This document shows positions 35,663 to 44,360 of a stretch of 44,928 nucleotides of DNA, one piece after another (positions within the stretch are counted from its first letter, which is position 1; each line of letters begins with the position of its first letter). Source of the DNA: an uncultured Hyphomicrobium sp. (GTDB lineage Bacteria; Pseudomonadota; Alphaproteobacteria; Rhizobiales; Hyphomicrobiaceae); contig CADECN010000001.1 of the NCBI GenBank assembly GCA_902825785.1, forward strand, positions 1 to 44,928, given 5' to 3'. A program made the translations under genes and the position numbers. The notes beneath the pieces were generated by a model. It was not told where the DNA came from, searched no databases, and saw only the letters and a list, made by a program, of their open reading frames with translations.

Positions 35663-36609
35663 CAGGGTTTTTCCGCCTTAACGAGCGGCGCAAGGTCCGG
35701 ATAGATCGCAACGAGCAGAGCGGTCGCCGCATCCGCCGCGCGCGGCCCGAAGCCCAGCACATACTGGCCGTCCATGCCGAACACGGCTTTGCCAGCCACG
35801 GCCGGGCTCGCGCCCAAGCCCTGCAGGTTGCGGGTATCCTCGACCGGATCGGACTTGAGGCCGGGACGCTTCATCACCACGACCGCTTCCGGCGCGAACT
35901 CGACGAGTTGCTCGTCGGTCACCGGCTTGAAGCCGTCGACACCGGCGGCCGCATTCTCGGCGCCCGCCAGCGCGAGGATCGCATCGGCGCTGGTGTTGCG
36001 CCCGCCGACGGTGACGCGGCCATCCTGCACGGCAAGAACAAAGAGCACCTTCTTCTTCTTTGCAACGCTCGCACGCACGGTTGCGAGACGCGAGAACGCC
36101 GCCGAAACGCGCGCAGCCATCGCGTCCGCTTCCTCGCTTTTGCCGACAAGCTGGCCAACCGTCTTGATCTTTTCGGCGATGCCTTCCGGCGAGTTATTTT
36201 CCTTGATCTCGTGGAAGGTGATCGACGCGCCCTTTAGTGCCGCGACGACTTCGGGCGGTCCGGCGCGGTCGCTGGCGACGATCGTCATGCCCCCGGTCGA
36301 CAGAACGCCCTCGGTCGATAGCGCCCGCATGTAGCCGACGTTCTTTTTCGTCTTCAGGGCATCGGGCGGATAGACGCTTGTCGTATCGACCGCCACGATG
36401 GCGTCGGCCTTTCCGAGTGCGTAGATGATCTCGGTGACATCGCCGCCGATGGAGACGATCGGCAGCGGCACGGTTTTCGTCGCGCCTGCATCTTGCGCAG
36501 TGGCGGACTGCGAGCCGCAAATGAACATTGCGCAGAACAGGAGAAGCGCAGCCTGCGTATACGCAGAGAAACGGCGCGTCATTGACGTTTCAATCACGTG
36601 GACCCTCAT
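35662..36609 (-). CDS. hmuT: Heme ABC periplasmic binding protein
   Basis: SIGGDVTEIIYALG, VDTTSVYP, VGYMRALS.EG (Tyr ligand) and LGFGPR motifs. Confidence 0.9.
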   Translation of the reverse strand: MRVHVIETSMTRRFSAYTQAALLLFCAMFICGSQSATAQDAGATKTVPLPIVSIGGDVTEIIYALGKADAIVAVDTTSVYPPDALKTKKNVGYMRALSTEGVLSTGGMTIVASDRAGPPEVVAALKGASITFHEIKENNSPEGIAEKIKTVGQLVGKSEEADAMAARVSAAFSRLATVRASVAKKKKVLFVLAVQDGRVTVGGRNTSADAILALAGAENAAAGVDGFKPVTDEQLVEFAPEAVVVMKRPGLKSDPVEDTRNLQGLGASPAVAGKAVFGMDGQYVLGFGPRAADAATALLVAIYPDLAPLVKAEKP

Positions 36610-36800
36610 CGTGTCAGGATCAGTTTGCCGAGCGCGGTGATACGCAGTCTGTATTCCTTGCCGTCATGATCGAGGATGATCTCGCGCTCGCCGGCCATCA
36701 GCTCCGACGTAGCGATACGCCGGATATTCGTCGTTTTTTGGTTCGGGGCCGGATTCGGCTTCTCTGCACGCTCGTCGCGATCAATCATGGCAGTGCGCAT
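36606..36800 (-). CDS. hemP: Hemin uptake regulator HemP/HmuP
   Basis: S.EL..GERE..LDH.G..YRLRIT..GKLILT motif. ATGA-coupled to hmuT. Confidence 0.9.
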   Translation of the reverse strand: MRTAMIDRDERAEKPNPAPNQKTTNIRRIATSELMAGEREIILDHDGKEYRLRITALGKLILTR

Positions 36801-36913
36801 CCCGCCTCCCAAGTTCCATGACGGCCGCGTCGCGCGCCAACATCCGGACATCCTATCGAGTATCGCGGGTGTTGCCGGCGCGTCGTGCCGGTGTTGCCCA
36901 ACGGTTGCAAAGT

Positions 36914-37108
36914 TCAGCGTGAAAGGGTGTTCGAACGCCCGGTGTCGTCGGGACGTTCCGAAAGCAGGTTGTCGAAGGCGGCAACGTGGCCCGTCGCCAG
37001 ATCCCAGACGGCACCCAGCGACAAGGCGAGTGTCATGGAAGCGTAGTTCGCGTCGGAGTTCTCCACGCGGTCGCGCGCCATCTCCGACGGCGCGAGCAAA
37101 GCGGTCAT
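36914..37108 (-). CDS. Small hypothetical protein (64 aa) heading the hemP-hmuTUV unit
   Basis: GGAG RBS 7 nt before the ATG. Lies directly downstream of the promoter box at 37168-37191. Confidence 0.5.
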   Translation of the reverse strand: MTALLAPSEMARDRVENSDANYASMTLALSLGAVWDLATGHVAAFDNLLSERPDDTGRSNTLSR

Positions 37109-37167
37109 AGCGAACTCCAAAAGGCGAGGTTCAAGGCCTCGGTAATGGCCGGCGCGAATTTATGATC

Positions 37168-37196
37168 ATTGTTTACACGTTGGGTCAACTTAGAAA
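37168..37196 (-). promoter_or_regulatory. Promoter/operator of the hemP unit
   Basis: ATTGTTT-N9-GTCAACTT (same architecture as at hmuR) abutting TTAGAA, an ICE half-site. Confidence 0.5.
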
Positions 37197-37565
37197 TGAG
37201 TTGGGCATTTTCCTTGATGCGGGGAAGGTGATTGTCTGATCGCGATCAAAGGGAGCACAGGAGCGTCATTCCCGGGGTCGCCCGCCGCGAGCACGCTGAG
37301 TATCGACAAAGCGACGCCGCCGACGTCCGGCATCGCGAGGTTTGATCCGTCAAAGAAGCGGCTCGGGCCGCACGAGTGACGCGAAAACGGATGACCGGGT
37401 CGACGAAAGGCGCGCTTCGATTAGTGAACGCTGGTCGCGTTTACCATTGGCATCTTGGGCCGTGTAAAGCTTGCATCTTTGCTTGATTGCATCGGAAAAA
37501 TACCTGACGCTGCGCGCACTCGGCTTCACTCCCCGAGAGCTTGGGACATACCGGAGGATGCACCT

Positions 37566-37853
37566 GTGGATCTCACCTCACTTCTCATTCAGGCGATCAG
37601 CGGCGCGATTGGCGGCAATGCCGCTGGCGCGGTCGCCAAGGACACGAGCCTTGGAACCTTGGGCAACACCATCGCTGGCGCGCTCGGCGGCGGCGTCGGC
37701 GGACAGATACTCGGCAGCCTTCTCGGATTTGGCGGCGCGGCCGCGGCATCCGGTCTCGACATCGGAACCATCGTTCAAGGCTTCCTGACCGGCGGCGTGA
37801 GCGGCGGCCTGACCGCGCTCGCGATCGGTCTCATCAAGTCGCGTTTCGCCTGA
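37566..37853 (+). CDS. Small Gly/Ala-rich membrane protein
   Basis: GGAGG RBS and GTG start. Glycine-zipper-like GAIGGNAAG and GALGGGVGG segments. Confidence 0.75.
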   Translation: MDLTSLLIQAISGAIGGNAAGAVAKDTSLGTLGNTIAGALGGGVGGQILGSLLGFGGAAAASGLDIGTIVQGFLTGGVSGGLTALAIGLIKSRFA

Positions 37854-37947
37854 TTTAATTTTCCGAACGCGCTATGAGTGTTTCGCCGTCGCTCGCGGTT
37901 TGGGCGGCGGTAAAGAAGCGTTCGCAAAGTTCCGACCGGCATTCTCA

Positions 37948-40350
37948 ATGCAACATGGCGCGCCGCGACGTCTGCTGTTCGGCTTTTTCGCGGCCCTCGC
38001 GCTCGTTCTCGTGCCGCCTGCCGCGCGCGCGCAAGGTCCGGCGTCGCCCGACGGTGACGACATTTACAGCACGAAGGTCAAGCCGATCTTCGAGAACCGC
38101 TGCGTCGCCTGCCACAGCTGCTACAACGCGCCCTGCCAGCTCAATCTCCAGTCCTATGCCGGCGCGGCGCGAGGTGCCGCGACCACGAACGTCTATGACG
38201 CGACGCGCCTGCAAAGCGTGCCGCCGACCCGCATCGGCATCGACGCAAAGACGCCTGTGGCCTGGCGCGACAAAGGCTTTCACGACGTTCTCGGTACTGG
38301 CGATCCGGGCAGCAGCCTGATCCTCCGGCTGACGCGGCTGAGGCGCGAGCACGCGACACTGCAACCCGACAGACAGGTCGCCAACAGTGCGACCTGCGTC
38401 GTCGAGGCGAACGACCGCCGGATCGGGCAGACCGAGAACAATGCCACGCTTGCCATGCCCTATGGCCTGCCGCCGCTCTCGGACGCCGAAATCGGCGCGC
38501 TTCAGGACTGGATTGCGGACGGCGCGCAGCCACCGCACTCCGCCATCCGCCCCGAACGCGAAACCATTTCACCGGCCTTGGCGAGCGAAGTGCGAACGTG
38601 GGAGCGCTTCCTCAACGAGGCGGACCCGCGCCAGCAGCTCGTCAGCCGTTATCTCTATGAGCACCTGTTTCTCGCCAACCTTTATTTCTCAGGCGACAAA
38701 AGCGGTGAGGCGAAACCCGATGCAGGCGCTGGCCCGCAGTTCTTCCGTCTCGTGCGCTCCCGCTCCGCCTGCGACGACGGCATCGACGAGATCGCAACGC
38801 GCCGTCCGACCGATCCGCCTGGCACGAAAACGGCCATCTATTGCCTGCGCCCGGTGCTAGGTGCGCTGGTCGAAAAGACGCTCATCCCCGTCGAGCTATC
38901 GCCGGCGAAACTGGAGCGCATCAGGACCGTGTTCTTTGCCGACGACTGGAAGCTGACGCGTCCGCACGCCTATGCGCCCGACGAAGCCAACAACCCGTTC
39001 GAGACGTTCGCCGCCATTCCCGTGCGCGCGCGCTATCAGTTCCTGCTCGACAACGCGCACTTCCACGTCGCGACCTTCATCAAGGGCCCGGTCTGCAACG
39101 GATCGGAAGCGGTCAATTCGATCCAGGATCAGTTCTACGTTTTCTTTCTGAACCCTGACGCCGACAGTATGGTCGTGTCACCCGAGCACGCGGCGGCCGC
39201 CAAGGACCTGCTCGTTCTTCCCGGTGCATGGGGCAGCGACGTCAGCATACTGCAGGACCTGCCGTTCCTGACGCGCCTCGTCGACTACCGCGAGAAGTAT
39301 CGCAAACTGCGCAGCGAGGGCCTGCGCACGCTGCGTCCAGACGGTTATGCGTTGAGCGATATCTGGGACGGCGAGGGCAGCGACCCGAACGCGCTGTTGA
39401 CCGTGTTCCGCCACGACGACAACGCGGCCGTGTTCAAAGGCACGATCGGCGATCTGCCCAAGACCGGCTTTATCCTCGACTATCCGCTGTTTGAACGGCT
39501 CGTCTACAACCTGGTCGTCAACTTCGACGTCTTTGGCAACGTCGGTCATCAGGTCTTGACGCGAGTCTACATGGATATGATCCGCATGGAGGCCGAGGAA
39601 CTGTTCCTGAATTTCCTGCCGCCGTCTGACCGGCGGACATTGCGGCGCCACTGGTACAAGGGCAACCTGCTCACCGACATCAAGCTCAACATCGTCTTTC
39701 CGCTGACCAACCAGGACATCCCGACGGCCGTTGTTTTCAAGCAGGCCGATCACAAGCGTGAGTTTGTCGAACGCGTGCTGTTCGAGCGTCTGACGCCCAA
39801 GGCGCGCGGCGAGCCAGATCCGATCAACTGGCGCAGACTGCGCGCCCCTGACGCCGTGATCGCCAGCGTGGAGCTGACGCCGACGGAGCAGACGCTGCGC
39901 CGTATCGCGTCCATACCGGCGGTATCCGCCACGCCGTTCGCGCGCTACTTTCCCGAACTTGCGCTGCTGATCGTGCGCCTGAAGGACGGCGGTTCGCGCC
40001 TCTTCAGCATCGTGCACAATCGCGAGCACGAAAACGTCTCGTGGATCATGGACGAGGATCGCCGCCTTGCGCCCACCGAGGACACTCTGACGGTGCGCGA
40101 AGGCACGTTCGGCGCCTATCCCAACATGCTCTTCGTCGTCGATGAGGCCGACGTCGGCGCGTTCGCCGAGATGGCGGCTGGGATCACGTCAACGGAGGAC
40201 TACGGGAAATTCGTCGATCGCTTCGGCGTGACGCGCAGTTCTGAGAAATTCTGGCAGACCTACGATCTGGCCAATGCCATTGCACGCACACGTCAGCCCG
40301 TTGACCACGGCCTGCTCGACCTGACGCGCTACGAGCTGATGCGCAATTGA
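37948..40350 (+). CDS. cti: Fatty acid cis/trans isomerase (heme c protein)
   Basis: Signal peptide. RCVACHSCYNAPCQL, MPYGLP, RYLYEHLFLA, FIKGPVC, LTVFRH.D.A, LVVNFDVFGNV and YPN motifs. Confidence 0.9.
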   Translation: MQHGAPRRLLFGFFAALALVLVPPAARAQGPASPDGDDIYSTKVKPIFENRCVACHSCYNAPCQLNLQSYAGAARGAATTNVYDATRLQSVPPTRIGIDAKTPVAWRDKGFHDVLGTGDPGSSLILRLTRLRREHATLQPDRQVANSATCVVEANDRRIGQTENNATLAMPYGLPPLSDAEIGALQDWIADGAQPPHSAIRPERETISPALASEVRTWERFLNEADPRQQLVSRYLYEHLFLANLYFSGDKSGEAKPDAGAGPQFFRLVRSRSACDDGIDEIATRRPTDPPGTKTAIYCLRPVLGALVEKTLIPVELSPAKLERIRTVFFADDWKLTRPHAYAPDEANNPFETFAAIPVRARYQFLLDNAHFHVATFIKGPVCNGSEAVNSIQDQFYVFFLNPDADSMVVSPEHAAAAKDLLVLPGAWGSDVSILQDLPFLTRLVDYREKYRKLRSEGLRTLRPDGYALSDIWDGEGSDPNALLTVFRHDDNAAVFKGTIGDLPKTGFILDYPLFERLVYNLVVNFDVFGNVGHQVLTRVYMDMIRMEAEELFLNFLPPSDRRTLRRHWYKGNLLTDIKLNIVFPLTNQDIPTAVVFKQADHKREFVERVLFERLTPKARGEPDPINWRRLRAPDAVIASVELTPTEQTLRRIASIPAVSATPFARYFPELALLIVRLKDGGSRLFSIVHNREHENVSWIMDEDRRLAPTEDTLTVREGTFGAYPNMLFVVDEADVGAFAEMAAGITSTEDYGKFVDRFGVTRSSEKFWQTYDLANAIARTRQPVDHGLLDLTRYELMRN

Positions 40351-40362
40351 TCTGGCTCGAAA

Positions 40363-40800
40363 CTAATCGGACATCTTGAACGTCGCGCCGGTGATCGACA
40401 TCGCGTCGGGCGCGAACTTCGGTTTAAGCGGCGCGCCGTCGCAAGAAATGGCCGTGAAGGCGCGCGAGTCGAGCGAAAAGAAAACGCCGTTAAGGCGGAA
40501 GGCTTCGTCGCCGACCTTGTAGTCGCAGCCGCGTTGCTCGAAATAGTTTTTGATGAAGGCCGCGAACGCAGCGCCCGGGTGCACGCCGCGTTGCGACTTG
40601 ATGTAGCTTTCAATCTCGGGCGGGGCGATCCGGCAAACGACGTAGCGATCGGCTTCGAATGCGCAGCGCTCGAAGATCAAATCGCCTTCGGCAAGCGCGC
40701 CTGCGGTCGCGAACAGCGTAGATGCCAACAGGAATGACGCCCTTGTAAGCGTGGCGCGCACGCCAAGGAAAGAATGCCAAAGCTGTCGCACAGTCGTCAT
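40363..40800 (-). CDS. Hypothetical exported protein (4 Cys)
   Basis: ATGA-coupled to the upstream gene. Hydrophobic signal ending ALA. Confidence 0.6.
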   Translation of the reverse strand: MTTVRQLWHSFLGVRATLTRASFLLASTLFATAGALAEGDLIFERCAFEADRYVVCRIAPPEIESYIKSQRGVHPGAAFAAFIKNYFEQRGCDYKVGDEAFRLNGVFFSLDSRAFTAISCDGAPLKPKFAPDAMSITGATFKMSD

Positions 40801-41132
40801 AGCTCGAGACGCTTTCCGTCGTCGGGCACCACGCCATCTGGCAGGCAGGGCCGCGCTGATGCCGTACATGCCACCGATCCACCTTTGGAGGCTTCGCAGA
40901 CGATCTTCTTGTCGGCGGCCCGATCCCAGTCTTCGTATCCAGGACCCAACGCACCGGCACGCGACGACCACCAAGACGTTGCGGCCTTGCGGGCTTCATC
41001 CTCGGTCGCACCCGAGGCCGCGCCGCCGACGACCTTTTCACCGCACATGCGGCCAGCCTGCGTTGAGGGCTCGCAACGCAGCGCACCCGCAGATGCAGTG
41101 ACGAAAACGGCGATGAGGATGAGCACTCTCAC
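40797..41132 (-). CDS. Small secreted Cys-rich hypothetical protein
   Basis: GAGAGG RBS, GTG start, signal peptide, W..A..K...C...C...ARPC pattern. Confidence 0.7.
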   Translation of the reverse strand: MRVLILIAVFVTASAGALRCEPSTQAGRMCGEKVVGGAASGATEDEARKAATSWWSSRAGALGPGYEDWDRAADKKIVCEASKGGSVACTASARPCLPDGVVPDDGKRLEL

Positions 41133-41146
41133 AGGACCTCTCTCGC

Positions 41147-42181
41147 CTATTCGATTGCGGTGACGCTATAGCCAGCCGCTCGCAACTTCGCGATGAGGCC
41201 GTCGGGCCCGGCGAGGTGGAGCGCGCCGACGGCGATGAAAGCGCCGCCCTCGTCGATGAGGGGGCGGGCGCGCGAAGAGAGACGCTCGTTGCGCTTCGTT
41301 ACGAGCTGGTCGCGAATAGTGTCGAGCACGTCGCCATCAAGGCCCGCGTGTGGCGCAAGCTCGCGTGTCAGGTCCCACACCATACCTATGCGACGGAAAC
41401 GATAGAGTTCCGCCATGGTGTGCGCCATGTCGTCGACCTTGTCGTGCAGGTGAATGCTGGCTTTCAGCCACGCCGCCTGCGCCGTGTCGTCGAGCGATGC
41501 CATGGCCTCGTACTGCTCATACATCGTCTCAAGTCCGACGAGGCGAAGCCCGCGCGCTTTCGCTTCATCCGCCACAAGGAGGTCGAGTGATTTGAGGCCC
41601 GCTTCCGACTTCGATCTTTGGCAGGGCGAATCCGTAAGGAACAGGGTCACGACCCACGGACGCAGGCCGAGCGCCATCTCCTTGGGAAAGCCGGCATCCC
41701 AAAGCGATTTCTCCACGACCTTCATTTCGTCGTCGGCGAGCAGGAATTGCAGCGGTCGCTCCCGCGTCACCATCAGGGGTCCCACTTGGGCCATGGCGTA
41801 ACGAAAGGCCGGCCGCGACAATTCTTCGGCCTCGAGCGCCACGACGCGCGACTGAGCAAGCGCGGAGAACACCGCGGGCCGTAGCTCGCGAAGGTCCTCG
41901 TCGACGACGTGAACCGTTCCGAAAACATGCGACGGCGGCGCGCCATCTTTTTCGACGCGCCACAGGACGGCCTGGCTGTTTTCGACACCGATGGCATTTC
42001 GCAGCAACTGTTCGAGCTTGAAGCGGTCTTTGCCGTCAAGCTCGGTCAGAAGGCTGGTGGGACGGCAGGCATTGGACGGCTTATCGCTCCGCGACGATGC
42101 CGCGCTCAATCCGGCAGCCGAAACGAGGCAGCCAAGAAACGTGATGGCGGCCAATGTCAACGTTAGAGCTCGCAACACCAT
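41147..42181 (-). CDS. TraB/GumN-family protein
   Basis: LWRVEK..SHVFGTVH, GLET..EQ, RN and FIAVGALHL.G..GL...LR..GY motifs. Confidence 0.88.
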   Translation of the reverse strand: MVLRALTLTLAAITFLGCLVSAAGLSAASSRSDKPSNACRPTSLLTELDGKDRFKLEQLLRNAIGVENSQAVLWRVEKDGAPPSHVFGTVHVVDEDLRELRPAVFSALAQSRVVALEAEELSRPAFRYAMAQVGPLMVTRERPLQFLLADDEMKVVEKSLWDAGFPKEMALGLRPWVVTLFLTDSPCQRSKSEAGLKSLDLLVADEAKARGLRLVGLETMYEQYEAMASLDDTAQAAWLKASIHLHDKVDDMAHTMAELYRFRRIGMVWDLTRELAPHAGLDGDVLDTIRDQLVTKRNERLSSRARPLIDEGGAFIAVGALHLAGPDGLIAKLRAAGYSVTAIE

Positions 42182-42233
42182 TGCCCTGTTCCTTGTCGCG
42201 CGCGGACGTATCTTTAACCGCGCATGGCGCCAT

Positions 42234-42776
42234 TCACTTGGCCTCCAGCTTCGCCTTCAGCCCTTCCAGACCCTGTTTGATGAAGTCGCTCGAGGCTTGC
42301 ACGGCGGACGCATCGTCTTTGCCCGGTGCCGGCTCGTTCGTCGTATCGGCGCGGTAGAGACGTGCAAGCCAGCGCACCGCGCTGCCGCTTCCGGCCGGCT
42401 CGACCGAAATCGCCGCCGAATAGGAACTGACCGGGCAGACGTCGACCTTTTCCTTCGACAGCCGCCAGCCCATCTTCATTTCTTCTTCCGTGCGATAGTC
42501 GAGGCCTTCAGTCAGCTCGCCGCCGTTGCTCTTCAGCACGATGGTGCGGGTCTCGCCGCCGTTCTCGTCCTTTCCGGCGGCCGACGATTTCACGGCGGGA
42601 TGCCAATCCGCCAGATCGCTGAACGTTTGGACTTTCGCCCACACGGTTGCGGGCGGCGCTGCAATTTCGATCGTTTCCTCGACCTTTTGCGGGGTCGGGC
42701 CGTGAGCCTGCGCCGAGAGCGCAAACGCCGCCGCGATCAGCAGCGCTAGCGGAGCCTTGAACGTCAAATTTGCCAT
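42234..42776 (-). CDS. mxaD: MxaD (SRPBCC-fold periplasmic protein)
   Basis: Signal peptide, then HGPTPQKV.E.I.I.APP..VW and WHPAV. Follows mxaL. Confidence 0.82.
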   Translation of the reverse strand: MANLTFKAPLALLIAAAFALSAQAHGPTPQKVEETIEIAAPPATVWAKVQTFSDLADWHPAVKSSAAGKDENGGETRTIVLKSNGGELTEGLDYRTEEEMKMGWRLSKEKVDVCPVSSYSAAISVEPAGSGSAVRWLARLYRADTTNEPAPGKDDASAVQASSDFIKQGLEGLKAKLEAK

Positions 42777-42801
42777 GCTCGTTCTTGAACCTCGTTGGTG
42801 T

Positions 42802-43776
42802 TTACGCCGGTGGAGTTCCCTTCGCGCGCCATCGTGCCAGCAGTGGCGAGGCGAGGAGCACGAGGAACAGAATGAGCGACGCGGTGCCCGGAAAGATCGA
42901 CGCTTTGCTGATGGTCTCGATCGTTCGCTTTTCTCCGGCCGCCATGAGGGGCTTCAAAAGACCGCCGGCTTGGGCGAGATCGACGAAGGCGAGACCGGTG
43001 CGGCCCGCAAGCTCTTTCAGGTAGCTCTCCCGCATCGCGGACAGATGTTCCTCGCCAACGACGAGGTCGCCGCCTTGCGGTGCGTTGCGCGGATGCCAGC
43101 CCGCCGCCGAACTCATGTCCTTGCCGGGCAGCCCGTGCCGGTTGACGTGCGGCACGTCCATGGGGCCGTAGTGACCGATCTCGCGACCGTCGTCGTCGAA
43201 TTTCGGGATCGGCATTTTTTCCGGCCCGCCGACGCCGACCACGAGCCCCTTGACCTTGCCGGGCGTGCCCTCAAAGTCCGGAATGCCGGAAGCCGGCAGC
43301 GGAGGTGCCTCATGACCGTCGGTCAGAAAGATGACATTGCTGGCAAGCGAGTCGGCGATCCCGATTGCGTCGTAGAGCCCGCGCGCGACGTAGCTGTCGC
43401 CTTCCCAGGCCATGCGCCAATCCATGTCCTCGATGGAGCCGCGCAGCGGTTCGTAGTCGAGGCATGAGTCGGCAAGACCGAATAGGAGGAATGATCGCCG
43501 CTCCGTGAAGATGCCGGCTCCCAAGCGCGAACCGCACGGCAGCGTGCGAGCGAGGTCGATGACCGCGCTCTTGGCACGGTCGAGCCGTGTAACGGTGGAT
43601 TGCCCCGGCACACCGTCGCGCACGTTCATGCTGCCCGTAATATCGATGATGGCGACCGCATCGAGCACGTTGGCGGATTTCGTGTAGGTCAGCGGCAGCG
43701 TCGCGAGCACGGCCGCGGCGAAAGCGACGCCAAGAACGACGGTCTTCCGGTCGGTGAGCATCGCCGGCAGCTTCAT
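42802..43776 (-). CDS. mxaL: MxaL (vWA-domain methanol dehydrogenase Ca2+-insertion protein)
   Basis: DITGSMN MIDAS motif, LPCGS, FTERR, WRMAWEGDS, TDGHEAPP and EHLS. ATGA-coupled to mxaK. Confidence 0.85.
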   Translation of the reverse strand: MKLPAMLTDRKTVVLGVAFAAAVLATLPLTYTKSANVLDAVAIIDITGSMNVRDGVPGQSTVTRLDRAKSAVIDLARTLPCGSRLGAGIFTERRSFLLFGLADSCLDYEPLRGSIEDMDWRMAWEGDSYVARGLYDAIGIADSLASNVIFLTDGHEAPPLPASGIPDFEGTPGKVKGLVVGVGGPEKMPIPKFDDDGREIGHYGPMDVPHVNRHGLPGKDMSSAAGWHPRNAPQGGDLVVGEEHLSAMRESYLKELAGRTGLAFVDLAQAGGLLKPLMAAGEKRTIETISKASIFPGTASLILFLVLLASPLLARWRAKGTPPA

Positions 43777-44360
43777 GGCAACCCCTTCGGAACACCGGGC
43801 AGGTCGGTCCACACCCGTGTTGGCGCGTCGGGCGGCACTTCCTCCGGGTCGCTGTCGCTGAGCGGCAGATCGCGCACGATGCGCATGGCAACATCGAGGT
43901 TGTGCTTGAGATCCCAGTTGGTGGGTTCCATGCGCAGAGCGATGCGGTATTCGCTCTTGGCGACGTTGACGAGCGCGGTCGCGCCGTCGATGTCGCCGTT
44001 CCCGATGGCGGCCACCGCGCGGCGCACGCGGTCGTTGGCGATATTGTAGATCGCCTTGACGCGATACGACGGCGCCGAGCGGCCGGCCATGCCGTTTGCG
44101 AGCGCTTGCGCCTCGTCGAACCGGTCGCGCCGCAACAGCTCGTTGACGCGCGCCAGGAGCACCGCGTCGCTCGCCGGTCCGGCGTCGATCTCGCGATCCT
44201 CCCCGCTGTTGAGGGCGGCGATGATGGCGTTGTCGGATTTCGTAGCGAGCGTCGTCCGCAGGAAATGGAATGTGCCGGCGGCGGCGAGCGCAAGCCACAG
44301 CCAAAGCGCAGGGCCGGCGAGCGCCCGCAGCCGCGTAAGGATGTGCTCAAGCGCCGGCAT
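43773..44360 (-). CDS. mxaK: MxaK (TPR-like)
   Basis: YNIAN, AKSEYR.AL, WD.K.NLDVAMR and WTDLPG.PKGLP motifs. Alternative start at 44369. Confidence 0.82.
   Translation of the reverse strand: MPALEHILTRLRALAGPALWLWLALAAAGTFHFLRTTLATKSDNAIIAALNSGEDREIDAGPASDAVLLARVNELLRRDRFDEAQALANGMAGRSAPSYRVKAIYNIANDRVRRAVAAIGNGDIDGATALVNVAKSEYRIALRMEPTNWDLKHNLDVAMRIVRDLPLSDSDPEEVPPDAPTRVWTDLPGVPKGLP

Noticed and set aside
42802-44304. 500-aa ORF as one long protein
   Set aside because: The N-terminal 176 aa overlap mxaK in another frame. The real mxaL start is the ATGA-coupled ATG at 43776.
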